A stretch of 64,000 bases of DNA from an uncultured archaeon (GCA_964534625.1 CAZHRF010000004.1:1-64000), one strand, 5' to 3'. Shown: positions 21,841 through 32,096, numbered from the stretch's first letter. Translations and numbers: made by a program. Notes: a model not told the origin generated them from the letters alone.

Positions 21841-22677
21841 ATGTCAAATGAAGAATGGCGTTCAAGATCACAAATCAAACATATTGATGTTGATTTCTTT
21901 AGACGCACTAAAACCAATATTTTATGGCGAAGAAAGATTCTAGAAATGCGCTCAAAAAATAGGCGAATAGGACAAAACTTCGAAATTTTTGCTGAAGTCA
22001 CTTTTAATGAAGAATCTGGCTTGCGTAACCAATTTATTTTAATTGATGAATCACGTTGGAATTTACGTGGTAAAAATGATGCATCCAATCGTTTGGTTAT
22101 GCGTTGTTTTGATGATACAGTAAAAGACGGTGATAAACTGCTTGGAGGAACATTTAGAGGAGGGCTTGAACTCAGTGTGCTTAATTCATTAAATCTTTCA
22201 ATTGCGGCTAAAAGAGATTTATCTTCCTTTTACATTTTTCTGCCTGATATACAATATATTACCCAATTGAATGAACGTAGAAGTTTTCTATTTACACACT
22301 ATTTCTTTCCTCTATTTCCGTGTGGTGATGAGCCAATAAGATATTTCTTGATGAAACCCAAACTTGGTTTTGGAAATAACTTTAAAATCTATGAAAAAGG
22401 AAGACCGAAAAAAGTGGCCACAATCAAAAATAGAATCTTTAATATTGGAGGTAGATTTAAGGTTGATATCTTTGATGAAGATCTCCAATATCATAAACTG
22501 TTTCCACAAATGCTTATACTTGGTTGTTGTGCAAGTAGATTCATTAAAAAAGTTGATCGGGTAATCAAGAAAATTGTAAGAAAGAAAAAGCGAGATACAA
22601 AAACACAAGAGGCATACACTTTCGAAGCAAATCAAGAAGAGTTGAATTTATATCGTAATCCGCGGTACAGAAGATAA
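21841..22677 (+). CDS. Hypothetical protein, possibly Tubby-C/LURP-one/scramblase-like fold
   Basis: C-terminal G-x2-FKIY...VATIKNRIFNIGGRFKVDI followed by a hydrophobic helix (MLILGCCAS). Fold call made by eye. Confidence 0.45.
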   Translation: MSNEEWRSRSQIKHIDVDFFRRTKTNILWRRKILEMRSKNRRIGQNFEIFAEVTFNEESGLRNQFILIDESRWNLRGKNDASNRLVMRCFDDTVKDGDKLLGGTFRGGLELSVLNSLNLSIAAKRDLSSFYIFLPDIQYITQLNERRSFLFTHYFFPLFPCGDEPIRYFLMKPKLGFGNNFKIYEKGRPKKVATIKNRIFNIGGRFKVDIFDEDLQYHKLFPQMLILGCCASRFIKKVDRVIKKIVRKKKRDTKTQEAYTFEANQEELNLYRNPRYRR

Positions 22678-22852
22678 TCTTTTCTCTTTTCTTTTTACTC
22701 CTTTTTAGTAAGTATTTCATCCCGCTCTAGGAAAAAATTTTGGGGCTAAAAGTAAGGAAAAGGATTAATCGTTATTGATTGTGAAATTCTGATGGACTTC
22801 AAAACATTTTAAAGTAATAACATATACATAATTATTTGTTAAGAGCAATAAG

Positions 22853-23695
22853 GTGAAAAAAATGTCTGAATTCAATTTTTGGAATAATGGGATTCCATTC
22901 TCTGCGGTTGTTTTTGATACTTTGATCTTTCTTATCAGTTTAGCAGTGACAATATCTATTTTACGCAAGTATTTTGAAAGGAAGAAAAAAGCCGTGTTTT
23001 ATTTAAGTGTAAATTTTACTTTTATATCATTGGCTTTGTTTGTTAGCACACTCTTTCGTTACATAGCTTATTTTTCTCCCGATGGTACCTATGAAATTGT
23101 TAGTTATAGTGATTTCGGTAATATAGCGGGTTTAATACTCGTAGGAGTGGCTAATATTTTTATTATGCTGTTTTCTTACGAGGTATTTAGCGAGAAAAAA
23201 TTGGATTTATTAGTTCCATTTGGCTCAGCACTCAATGCAATTGCAGTAGGGTTATTAATACCCTACTTAAGCTTCGTGCCAGAGACGTATCGAGATGCCT
23301 TCTATGCGATAATAGTTTTAATGATATCAACAATGCTTTCTTATGGTATTTTGAGTTATTTTGCCTTTAAGGAATCAAAGTTAGGTGTTGCTCAGCTATC
23401 TAAGACGGGATTTAGACTCATTGGATGGTATGGAAACTTTATAATGCTAGTATTTTTCTTTTTAGCATTGGATTCTGCTACATTTGCTATATTTCCTGAG
23501 TTACCCGGCTATACTCCATTCTATTATATAGCATGGACATGTTCCGCTTTTGGCCTAACATCGGGTTTTTTGGGTTTGATTATGCCTAATTGGTTTAGAA
23601 CAGTCATGACAAAAAGATCCATTAAGAAAGAAAAAAAGAAACTAGAAAAAGAGAATAAAGAAAATAAAGTAAATGACTTAAGAAAAAAAAATTAA
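22853..23695 (+). CDS. Approximately 7-TM membrane protein (paralogue of 11790-12509)
   Basis: About seven hydrophobic segments; ends GLIMPNWFR followed by a basic/acidic tail. Confidence 0.7.
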   Translation: MKKMSEFNFWNNGIPFSAVVFDTLIFLISLAVTISILRKYFERKKKAVFYLSVNFTFISLALFVSTLFRYIAYFSPDGTYEIVSYSDFGNIAGLILVGVANIFIMLFSYEVFSEKKLDLLVPFGSALNAIAVGLLIPYLSFVPETYRDAFYAIIVLMISTMLSYGILSYFAFKESKLGVAQLSKTGFRLIGWYGNFIMLVFFFLALDSATFAIFPELPGYTPFYYIAWTCSAFGLTSGFLGLIMPNWFRTVMTKRSIKKEKKKLEKENKENKVNDLRKKN

Positions 23696-23725
23696 TAGAA
23701 AAAAGATACTTCTCTTTTTTATTAT

Positions 23726-24475
23726 TCATGAAAAGAAATCATCTTCAGGATTGGGTTTGATATCTCCTTCTTTAATTACAGGCTCAACATTGTAGACGAC
23801 CTTACCTTTCCAATAATATTTACCAGTTAAATAAATGGGATTCTTGCGGATATAGGCTAAAGTTGATCTAGGGATATCATAACGATTACTAATGGTACTC
23901 ATGGTTACATTATCCTCGAAAGCTTGGAAAATCTCAATTAATTTAGGGCGCATTTCTTCATCCACAACAAGTTCACCATTATCAATTTTATAGCCTAAAG
24001 GAGGACGGGACATAATCTTCTTATCTTTAATTCTGCGTCTGATACCATACATACGTTTTTGACGGTATTTCTTTAATTCTTCCTCACCAAGCATATCATA
24101 AATTCTTGTGACAAGATTCTCTTGATTATCTTCAGTAGAACGAATTTCAACTCCAGCCATACGGAATTTTACGGAAGCATAACCTAACATATCAACATCT
24201 CTCGAGATACGATCTCTTGTTTGTACCCAGACTTCTTTAATAGGATTCTGAGGGTTTGTTTCTTTATAGCCTTCAATAAACTTCATCATTTCTTTAAAAG
24301 CGGGTCTTTCTTCAATATGGCTATCCCCAGAAACGTCTTCATCTATGAATGTTTCAATAACATGACGATAACCTAATGATCTTATTTTCTTATCTACAAC
24401 ATCTTTTTGCGTTTCTAGACCAGAAGATTGATCTCCTGTTGAAACACGAACATATACTACAACATTAACGTGCAT
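23726..24475 (-). CDS. Serine recombinase (resolvase catalytic domain plus short recombinase domain)
   Basis: YVRVST with catalytic Ser, DEDVSG, RPAF, DRISR, PPLGY, NPIYLTG; no zinc ribbon or coiled coil. Confidence 0.92.
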   Translation of the reverse strand: MHVNVVVYVRVSTGDQSSGLETQKDVVDKKIRSLGYRHVIETFIDEDVSGDSHIEERPAFKEMMKFIEGYKETNPQNPIKEVWVQTRDRISRDVDMLGYASVKFRMAGVEIRSTEDNQENLVTRIYDMLGEEELKKYRQKRMYGIRRRIKDKKIMSRPPLGYKIDNGELVVDEEMRPKLIEIFQAFEDNVTMSTISNRYDIPRSTLAYIRKNPIYLTGKYYWKGKVVYNVEPVIKEGDIKPNPEDDFFS

Positions 24476-24729
24476 ATTTATACCTCTTATAATAATTCTA
24501 TTTTGTGATTGATATTATAAGAAGGTAGTACCTTCCTAATAAGTCCATGTAATACCGACTATATACATCCCAAAAAAGCAATTATGCATGTCAGTGGAAA
24601 AATTAAGTGCAAATATGAAAAAGTAAAAAGTGTTCAAGAAGGGGGATTATGAGAACAAGATATCACATAAGAGTACCTAAACAGATTGGATTTACTAAGT
24701 TTGACTCTTAACTAAGATCCTTAAATAAG

Positions 24730-24887
24730 TATGTACGTTTTTCACCCCCTAAGAAACAGATGAAGGGGCACTGTAGTGTGGTGTTTCAAAAAACGTGATT
24801 TTGTTTATAATTGCTTATTATCCGTACATAACCGTGTCTCGGTTTTATTCCTAGTCTCATCTAAGTAGGGGATGAAACACTTACATA
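24730..24887. repeat. 22-bp imperfect inverted repeats (24730-24751 and 24866-24887) enclosing 114 bp
   Basis: Left TATGTACGTTTTTCACCCCCTA versus reverse complement of right TATGTAAGTGTTTCATCCCCTA: 19/22 identical. Confidence 0.8.
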
Positions 24888-24934
24888 AGTATTGAATAGA
24901 TAACATTTATCAAAAGAGAGTTCCACAATTGTAT

Positions 24935-26332
24935 ATGAATAAAGATAGATCTAAAGTGGATGAAGAAAAAGAAAATAAAATAAAACCTAAAAGAATTATT
25001 ACATTGGATGCTCTACGAGGATTTGCAATTTTTTTCATGGTCTTCTTTCATACGATCTACAAAATATATGATTATGATTGGTTGGTTCAAGATTACACAG
25101 TAGTATTGAATTTCCCTTTTCCTGTTTTAGTCTTATTCGGGTTAATTGCATATCTAGGTACTTGGCATGGTTTTTTCTTATTTATTTCAAGTATTGTAAA
25201 TGCGTATGTTTTAATTAAGAAGTTTAAAAGGACCAATAAACCAGAAAGTATTGTAGGAGGCCAAATTTTAACCGGTATACTTCTTTGGTGGTTTGGGTGG
25301 TTCGAACAAGGGATTGGTTATTGGGGAGCCTTAGGTAATTATATTCGTACAGGTGAATTTAGTTTTATGCCTTATGTCTTAAGAGCGCTTTTTACAGCTG
25401 AAACACTCCAGATAATTGGGCTAAGCTTGATATTGAATGCTGTTATTCTCTATTTTTTAGTGAGAACAGAGAAAGGACAACAAAAACTTGTAAGAAACAT
25501 ACTAGTTTATGTGTTTCTATGTTTAATAGTAATCTTAACTACATATTATGTAAGAGAGCATTGGGATCTATTATTTAATGATATATTTGGCGGTAATTTA
25601 CCTCCGATCACAACAGATGTTGTTTATCACGCGTATCAAAAAAGTACAATAGCCACTTGGTTTGTTTCAATGGCTTTTGGTGGTATTCAACCCCTCTTCC
25701 CATTTCTTGCTACTGCTTTTACGGGATCAATTATAGGTTTACTACTTTCCAAACCTGAAAAAACTAAAAAAATGCCTTTATTGGGAATGGTATCTGGATT
25801 TTTATGTATGGGTTCAGGGATTCTAATGATCATATTTGGGTATGAATGGTCTACAGTCGAAGTTTACACTGCTTTGTCTATTTATCTACTACGTCTAGGT
25901 GGGCAAATAGTATTAGTCTGGTTTATGCTCTTGATTATTGAATTCCGGGGAACACAAAATCATTTTGCTCGAAAAAAGATTACACGCTTCTTTAGGCTTT
26001 GGGGGCTCATTTCATTAACACTATATGTCTTACAAATAATTGAGTACCTTCCTCTATGGTTATACCATCTGCTTTTTTCAAAATTTTCAGGGATAAATTT
26101 TATGGAACAAAATAGTTTTGGTAGATATCAAGGTCTTGGGGCGTTGATCACAACCGTTTTTGCAATGTTATTTTTCCATTTGATGATCTTATTATGGGCT
26201 AAAATAAACTTTATTGGCTCTTTTGAATGGTTATTACTCAAAATTAAAGAAAAAGTAACTCGAACAGCCAGAAAGAAAATAGATGTTAATCTATTAATTG
26301 ATGAAGTAGAGCCTATAGGATTTAATAAGTGA
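24935..26332 (+). CDS. Polytopic membrane acyltransferase-like protein (HGSNAT/DUF1624 domain)
   Basis: RIITLDALRGFAIFFMVFFH motif, ETLQIIG, PLFP, SLTLYVLQ; 10 or more TM helices. Confidence 0.8.
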   Translation: MNKDRSKVDEEKENKIKPKRIITLDALRGFAIFFMVFFHTIYKIYDYDWLVQDYTVVLNFPFPVLVLFGLIAYLGTWHGFFLFISSIVNAYVLIKKFKRTNKPESIVGGQILTGILLWWFGWFEQGIGYWGALGNYIRTGEFSFMPYVLRALFTAETLQIIGLSLILNAVILYFLVRTEKGQQKLVRNILVYVFLCLIVILTTYYVREHWDLLFNDIFGGNLPPITTDVVYHAYQKSTIATWFVSMAFGGIQPLFPFLATAFTGSIIGLLLSKPEKTKKMPLLGMVSGFLCMGSGILMIIFGYEWSTVEVYTALSIYLLRLGGQIVLVWFMLLIIEFRGTQNHFARKKITRFFRLWGLISLTLYVLQIIEYLPLWLYHLLFSKFSGINFMEQNSFGRYQGLGALITTVFAMLFFHLMILLWAKINFIGSFEWLLLKIKEKVTRTARKKIDVNLLIDEVEPIGFNK

Positions 26333-26689
26333 TCGCAGAAACAAGATTTTTGAAAAAAGTCGCATATACTCCCATTGTGTGAAAATAAAAATGTTAAATA
26401 AATACGTTTATGAAATAATCAAAACATAAAAACGAAAATTTATGAAATTATTTAAGACATTGTGTTTAATTATCCAAAAATTAGTGTCTAATTGATAATT
26501 TAGAACTTAAGATAAAATTACTAGCAGCTAAATCATAGATTTCATAAGAGATTTCTTGGTCATTATATTTGATTGTTCTACCCAACAGCTTCACCTGTTT
26601 TGTAGAATATTAAATGGATTAATCTGGGTTGAGATTATTTTAAGAAAAATAAAGAAAAGAAAAATAAGAAGAGAGTTAGTAAAGACAAT

Positions 26690-29470
26690 CTATTTTTTAG
26701 ATTTGCCTTTAGATTTACTTGATCTTTTGCTTGAGTCTTTACTTGAACTAGAACTTCCTTTTCCTCTTGTAGCTAAACCTATCACTCCAGCTATAGCTCC
26801 GGTAAGGACTATACCCGCACCAGCACCTATTCCAGCTGTAGTATAGTCAAAATTTTCAAATATTCCATCTTCTGCTGGTGGAGGTGTTGTTTCATCACCA
26901 TTTTCGGTTTGAGTTTCTTGTGTTTCTGTAGCATTGAGTATGGATAAATTAACAGTATCTGTGACAGCTACTCCATAATAATTTGTAACTGTGCAAGTAG
27001 TAGTATAATTTGCGGGTTCTAAACTATCAGATATCTGATAAATTATCGTTTCACTTTTTTCATTGATTGTTCCTGTTTTAACAGTACTTCCATTCAGTTT
27101 GATTTTATACTCACTAGGTCCGTATAAAGACACAACATTCCAGACAACATAATGAACTGCAGTAGAATCATTATAATAACTAATATCGCTTGGGTGATTG
27201 ATGGTAGGTGGATCGATTTCTGTTCCTTGTTTCATTAGTGGATATTCATCAAAGATATCATCCCCAGGACAAACAAGTGCATAAGGAGTATCTCCAAAGC
27301 CTATAGGAACTGCTACATCTATACCTGTATAATCGTCATAATAATTACCATAGTACTTATCTTCAATACCTGAATAAAAACTCCATTCATTATCAGCAGG
27401 TGTTGTAACATCATACCCTTGTATTGAGTTGCCAAGGAAATCATTATAATAAATCAAGTTGTTCGTAGAAGAAATTCCCATATGCAGGCCATAATAATTA
27501 TTTGCTATTGTGTTATTTTTGATAATAGAATCGAGAGAATTAAAATAAATCGCACGTATATTATTTTCAATAACATTATTGGATATAACCAAATTTGTAC
27601 CAAGACCCATGAAATACATTCCATCATTACAATTATGCACATAGTTATTTTTGATTTGTGTAAAATGACCTACACCGAGATATATTCCTCTATAATTATC
27701 ATAAAGATGATTGTCCGAAATCACAGAATTGTTGGGTGATGTCAATCTAATAGCATAATAATAACAATTTGAAATTGTTGAACCTGTTATGGTTATATTA
27801 TTGAGATAAGTAACACCATTAATACCATATAATTGACTGTACTCTATTACCATATTTTCTATGTGAAGATCTGTAGAATTAAATAAATAAAGTGCGGTAT
27901 ATTTTGTCTTAGAGATTGTATTATCCATTATTACTCCTGACGTTGCTTTTTTGACGTACATACCTTCTTTATAGGTATTCTTCACGACATTATCGTATAT
28001 ATTTACACTTAGCCAATCGCCTGTACTATCAAATTTTATCCCTATGTTACCAATTTTGTTGATTGTATTACTCGCTATTGTTAAATTGTCACAATTAGTA
28101 GCATTGATTCCATAACCATCTTGACCTATTAGATCTATCTTGGATAGCTGGTTGTTCTGAATAACGCAATTATCTGATTTGACGAGTTCTATGCCACTAT
28201 ATTCTGTGTTGGTGATCATATTATTAGATAGAATAGCATTATCACATTTGGAAATCTTAAGCGCCCCAACATCTTCAGAAAGTGAAGCAACTTCATTAAT
28301 CTGGTTGTTATCTATCTTAACTTTATCTAGACCGGTAATTTTCATAGCAGCGTTGGCTGAATAATTAAAGATATTGTTGCTAATAGATGGGCTGGGTCCC
28401 GAACCATCATAAAGGCTATCAATAAGTACACTTACTTGATTAAATGAATGGAAGAAATTATCATGGATAATCAAATTTCCATCCATGTGGTCTTCAAGCC
28501 ATAGATTTTCTCTTGTACCATTAAATACATTATTAATTATTGTAAGATTTGCTGTTTTATATCCATAAATTCCCCTGGCTATACCTACATTTATGTTATT
28601 ATTAGATATTATCACATCCTGTACAGAAGTAACACCATACTCCATGTAGATCGCATAGTTGTCCACAGGAGTAATAAATACATTATTGTCTATTAAAGAA
28701 TAAGAACAATTATTCCCCATAAAAATATGAATGGATTCAATAAACGATACAAAAGTATTATCTTTTATATGCAAAAAGGGTGAGTCTACTACATAGATAG
28801 TGTAAGTAGGTGAGTGTATATGAATTGTGTTGTTGCTTATAAAAGAATTTTCTGCATTATTAACTAAAATACCGTAACTCAATAAACCTAGAGAGTGATT
28901 AATATAGTTATTTTGTATGCTAACATCCTTGCATTCTTGAATATTTATAGTTATACCATTTGAAATATAGTTAGATATAATCGTGCTATCTCTAATTTCT
29001 GTTCCATTTGCCTGAATATTGATCCCATATTTAGCCGAATGCCCAATTTGACTTATTACTGTATTTTGTATTAATATGCTCGAATTTACAGACATTGTTT
29101 TCTGAAATTCTAAGTAAGTATATTTACTTTCATGGTCAGTTGTTATAGAGGAATTAATTATTTGTAGAGTACCTCCTTCTTCAACAGTAAGATTAAACTC
29201 ACCATTTACAGCCCCTTCAGCATCTATAGCAAAAGTCAAGTCTACATTGTCTAATTCTAGTGATCCTCCAGATTGAATATAGATTGAACCCTTCATTAAA
29301 AGTGCTGTATCCGAAAGTGATTCATTACCACTAATGATCCAATCACCGGTAACAGGAGGACTAAATTTGTTTGTGTTCCTGTGACCACTAATTCCGATTA
29401 ATGGACCAAAGAATAGTATAAACAATAGTAAAAGCTCAAAAAGAGCTTGAATTGAAAGTTGTTTTTTCAT
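26690..29470 (-). CDS. Surface protein with right-handed parallel beta-helix (NosD/pectin-lyase-like) repeats and a C-terminal TM anchor
   Basis: Signal peptide, many I-x-NN-x-I/GI repeats, GNYYDDY, Thr/Pro linker, TM helix and basic tail. Confidence 0.85.
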   Translation of the reverse strand: MKKQLSIQALFELLLLFILFFGPLIGISGHRNTNKFSPPVTGDWIISGNESLSDTALLMKGSIYIQSGGSLELDNVDLTFAIDAEGAVNGEFNLTVEEGGTLQIINSSITTDHESKYTYLEFQKTMSVNSSILIQNTVISQIGHSAKYGINIQANGTEIRDSTIISNYISNGITINIQECKDVSIQNNYINHSLGLLSYGILVNNAENSFISNNTIHIHSPTYTIYVVDSPFLHIKDNTFVSFIESIHIFMGNNCSYSLIDNNVFITPVDNYAIYMEYGVTSVQDVIISNNNINVGIARGIYGYKTANLTIINNVFNGTRENLWLEDHMDGNLIIHDNFFHSFNQVSVLIDSLYDGSGPSPSISNNIFNYSANAAMKITGLDKVKIDNNQINEVASLSEDVGALKISKCDNAILSNNMITNTEYSGIELVKSDNCVIQNNQLSKIDLIGQDGYGINATNCDNLTIASNTINKIGNIGIKFDSTGDWLSVNIYDNVVKNTYKEGMYVKKATSGVIMDNTISKTKYTALYLFNSTDLHIENMVIEYSQLYGINGVTYLNNITITGSTISNCYYYAIRLTSPNNSVISDNHLYDNYRGIYLGVGHFTQIKNNYVHNCNDGMYFMGLGTNLVISNNVIENNIRAIYFNSLDSIIKNNTIANNYYGLHMGISSTNNLIYYNDFLGNSIQGYDVTTPADNEWSFYSGIEDKYYGNYYDDYTGIDVAVPIGFGDTPYALVCPGDDIFDEYPLMKQGTEIDPPTINHPSDISYYNDSTAVHYVVWNVVSLYGPSEYKIKLNGSTVKTGTINEKSETIIYQISDSLEPANYTTTCTVTNYYGVAVTDTVNLSILNATETQETQTENGDETTPPPAEDGIFENFDYTTAGIGAGAGIVLTGAIAGVIGLATRGKGSSSSSKDSSKRSSKSKGKSKK

Positions 29471-29716
29471 TATTTTAACCCCTAGTATTTAATATTATTG
29501 GCTTTTCTATTAAAAAATATCGTCTTTCAACTATTTAATTCTATCCCTACAATGATGTTAGATATACAAAGAAAAAAATAGTCATCTATAATGAAAAAGC
29601 ACTCTAAGCAACGGATATCTAATATAATGAATTAACATATTTATTTAAATTAGATCTAGTAGTTTGATTAAAACAAAACTATTTATATAGTAATTGAATA
29701 ATTTGAGTGATTCAGA

Positions 29717-30289
29717 ATGACAGCTTATTTAATTTGTCAATTTTGTGGATATGTTCTAACTAAAGAAGAACTTGAAAAAGAAGGTGAATGTCCTACTTGT
29801 GGAGTTAAAGCCAAAGCTTTCAAACCCTATGAACTTCCTGTTGATGAAAAAAGATGGAAATTCTTGCGTTTTCACATTCATCCTATTTTAGTACATTTTC
29901 CTGAAGCCATTGTTCCAGGACTAATTTTATCTACTTTCTTGATACTCTTCTTTAACGGTACAATTGGTGAGATACTATCGCATGTAACATCGGTATTAGG
30001 TATAATTTTACCTTTTGTTGTTATTACTGCAATAATTAGTGGAGTAGTAGATGGAAAAGTAAGATACAAAAAAATCAAATCTAAGTTTCTTAAGCTAAAG
30101 ATTGTAGTTGGCTCTATTGTTTTTGCTTTATCTATAACTATTGGTTTGTTAGTTTATATCCTAGATTTGACAAAAGTAGGATCAAAAATAACCCTTCTTA
30201 TTCTTGCAATCATAACTTTTGGTGGAACTGGTTTCTTAGGCTTTTTAGGTGGAAAACTCAATTGTAATCTTATGCGTGACAATAAGTAG
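29717..30289 (+). CDS. Rubredoxin-like domain fused to a DUF2231-type membrane domain
   Basis: CQFCGY...CPTCG; HPILVHFP; 4 TM helices. Confidence 0.8.
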   Translation: MTAYLICQFCGYVLTKEELEKEGECPTCGVKAKAFKPYELPVDEKRWKFLRFHIHPILVHFPEAIVPGLILSTFLILFFNGTIGEILSHVTSVLGIILPFVVITAIISGVVDGKVRYKKIKSKFLKLKIVVGSIVFALSITIGLLVYILDLTKVGSKITLLILAIITFGGTGFLGFLGGKLNCNLMRDNK

Positions 30290-30828
30290 TACGCTATCAG
30301 AAGAAACATCAAAAGGAGCTGCAACACAAGAATAGAGTTTTACTCTTTTTTTAGCTTTTTGACAAAGAGTTCAATTATATTTTTATTGGTGGAATTTTTT
30401 TCACGAACTTCAAAGTTCATCTCAGTAAACTTTTTTGCGATGGTTTAAGCATACTTAGCTGTTCATATATTTCTCAAGTGAGATGAACTCTAAGGTCTAT
30501 GTTTTTTTTAAAAAACGTGATTATTTTTTGTTTTTCGTCTTTTCTAGAAATAAGCAGTGGCTAAGGCTGTTTAAACCTATGACTTTTTCTATTTCTTTTA
30601 GAACACATTCCGAGGAGCATATAAAGTATAAGAAGACTTCTATTTTGATTGTATCATCGACCCTAGCTAATCTTTTCTTAGCATTTGAATATCCCACCCT
30701 AAGATATCGTGCTCAGAAGTGTAACCGATCTTAGTCGAGTTAACAAGGACTAAAATGTATTCAAAACATATAAATATTCGCAAGTACTATTAGGGTATAA
30801 AGTAATAGTTAATTTATGGAGGAATCTA

Positions 30829-31845
30829 ATGTATCAAAATACTCTTTTTCAAAGTATAGAGAAAATACAAAAAAATGCAAAATTATTGGCAATAGCTAAT
30901 CTTAGTCCTATTATCTTAGGTATATTCGCATTAATTTTAATTGCTGCTGTACAAGATATATTAATATTACCATTAATTGGATTTATATATTTGGGGATTC
31001 TAATAGCAATAATCGTAGGCATATATCAGCTTGGAAGTGGTTTAAAAGAGTTTGCTGTTAATCTTCAGCTAACGCAAGATCGATTCTTCTATAAAGCCGG
31101 AGATAATATTCGTACAGCAATGACTTTGCAGATAGTAGCAGGAGTAATAAGTTTTATTCCATTAGTAAACCTAATTTCAATCATCTTGATAATTATGGCA
31201 TTCTTCAAAGAATTAAATGGATATACACAAGTCGCGGAAGGATTTGATTACTTGTTTCATAGAGGGATGTACTATGAAAAGGGAAAAAGAACCTTAAGAA
31301 ACGCCTATATCTTAACACTAATCATGATTGTAACAAGTATAGTAGGAGTATTTATTACCTTAGCAATAGGATCAGGAGACATATTTGCAGCCTTCTCTCT
31401 TGTAATCTTTTTATTTATTGTTATTGGCTTAATGGGAATTGGAGTATTCGTATTAAGAGTTGTGGGATACTTTCAGCTAAGCTCTGATATCAAAAAAGTA
31501 AGGCTTACTAATGAACAACAAGTTGTACCTAGGAGTCAAGCATATTATCAACCAGCATACAGGACTGGAACAAATGAAAGAGGACCGAGTCCCCATCAAA
31601 ATTCATATGAGCAAACCCCACGATCAAAAACCTCATATCAAAATGCCTATGAAAGAGAAACAATAGAAGAGCCTAGATATCAAAATTCGTATGAACAAAG
31701 CTCCCAATCAAATGAAAAATATCAAAACTCTTATGAAAAACAAACAACACCCGAAAAAACTGCTCCTGATATCTTCTGTCATAATTGTGGAGCTACAATA
31801 CCTGGTAGTTCAATGTATTGTGAAAATTGTGGTATAAAAGTTTAA
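30829..31845 (+). CDS. Membrane protein with YQNSYE-type repeats and a C-terminal zinc ribbon
   Basis: About 6 TM helices, four (Y/H)QN(S/A)YE repeats, FCHNCG...YCENCG. Confidence 0.75.
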   Translation: MYQNTLFQSIEKIQKNAKLLAIANLSPIILGIFALILIAAVQDILILPLIGFIYLGILIAIIVGIYQLGSGLKEFAVNLQLTQDRFFYKAGDNIRTAMTLQIVAGVISFIPLVNLISIILIIMAFFKELNGYTQVAEGFDYLFHRGMYYEKGKRTLRNAYILTLIMIVTSIVGVFITLAIGSGDIFAAFSLVIFLFIVIGLMGIGVFVLRVVGYFQLSSDIKKVRLTNEQQVVPRSQAYYQPAYRTGTNERGPSPHQNSYEQTPRSKTSYQNAYERETIEEPRYQNSYEQSSQSNEKYQNSYEKQTTPEKTAPDIFCHNCGATIPGSSMYCENCGIKV

Positions 31846-32096
31846 TAGAACTAAAACGATATTTCACTAATTCTTACATCCCATAATGTAAATTGAGTAC
31901 TTCTGAATCAAGAAAGTATTCAGGCATATTATCCATTAAAAGAGGAGAGTGTAAGATATCAGGATATAGTCCAACAAAGTCTACGCCACCAGATGTGGTT
32001 AATACCTCAGTAGCAGTAGGCAGTTCATTAACACCACAAGAAATGCTCAAATCCTCCATATTGATCTATCCGATACTAATTTCTGGAATAAAGAGC

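Noticed and set aside
23726-24475. IS607 TnpA or prophage large serine integrase
   Set aside because: No N-terminal MerR-like HTH and no adjacent tnpB; lacks the zinc-ribbon/coiled-coil region, and no viral genes are nearby.
24740-24880. Replication origin with ORB elements (GAAAC...GGGG)
   Set aside because: Only loose similarity to ORB, the TTCCA-x-GAAA core is missing and no orc1/cdc6 is adjacent; kept only as a weak alternative.
30483-30734. 83-aa intergenic ORF
   Set aside because: Low-complexity, F/K-rich translation with no recognisable motif; not supportable as a gene.
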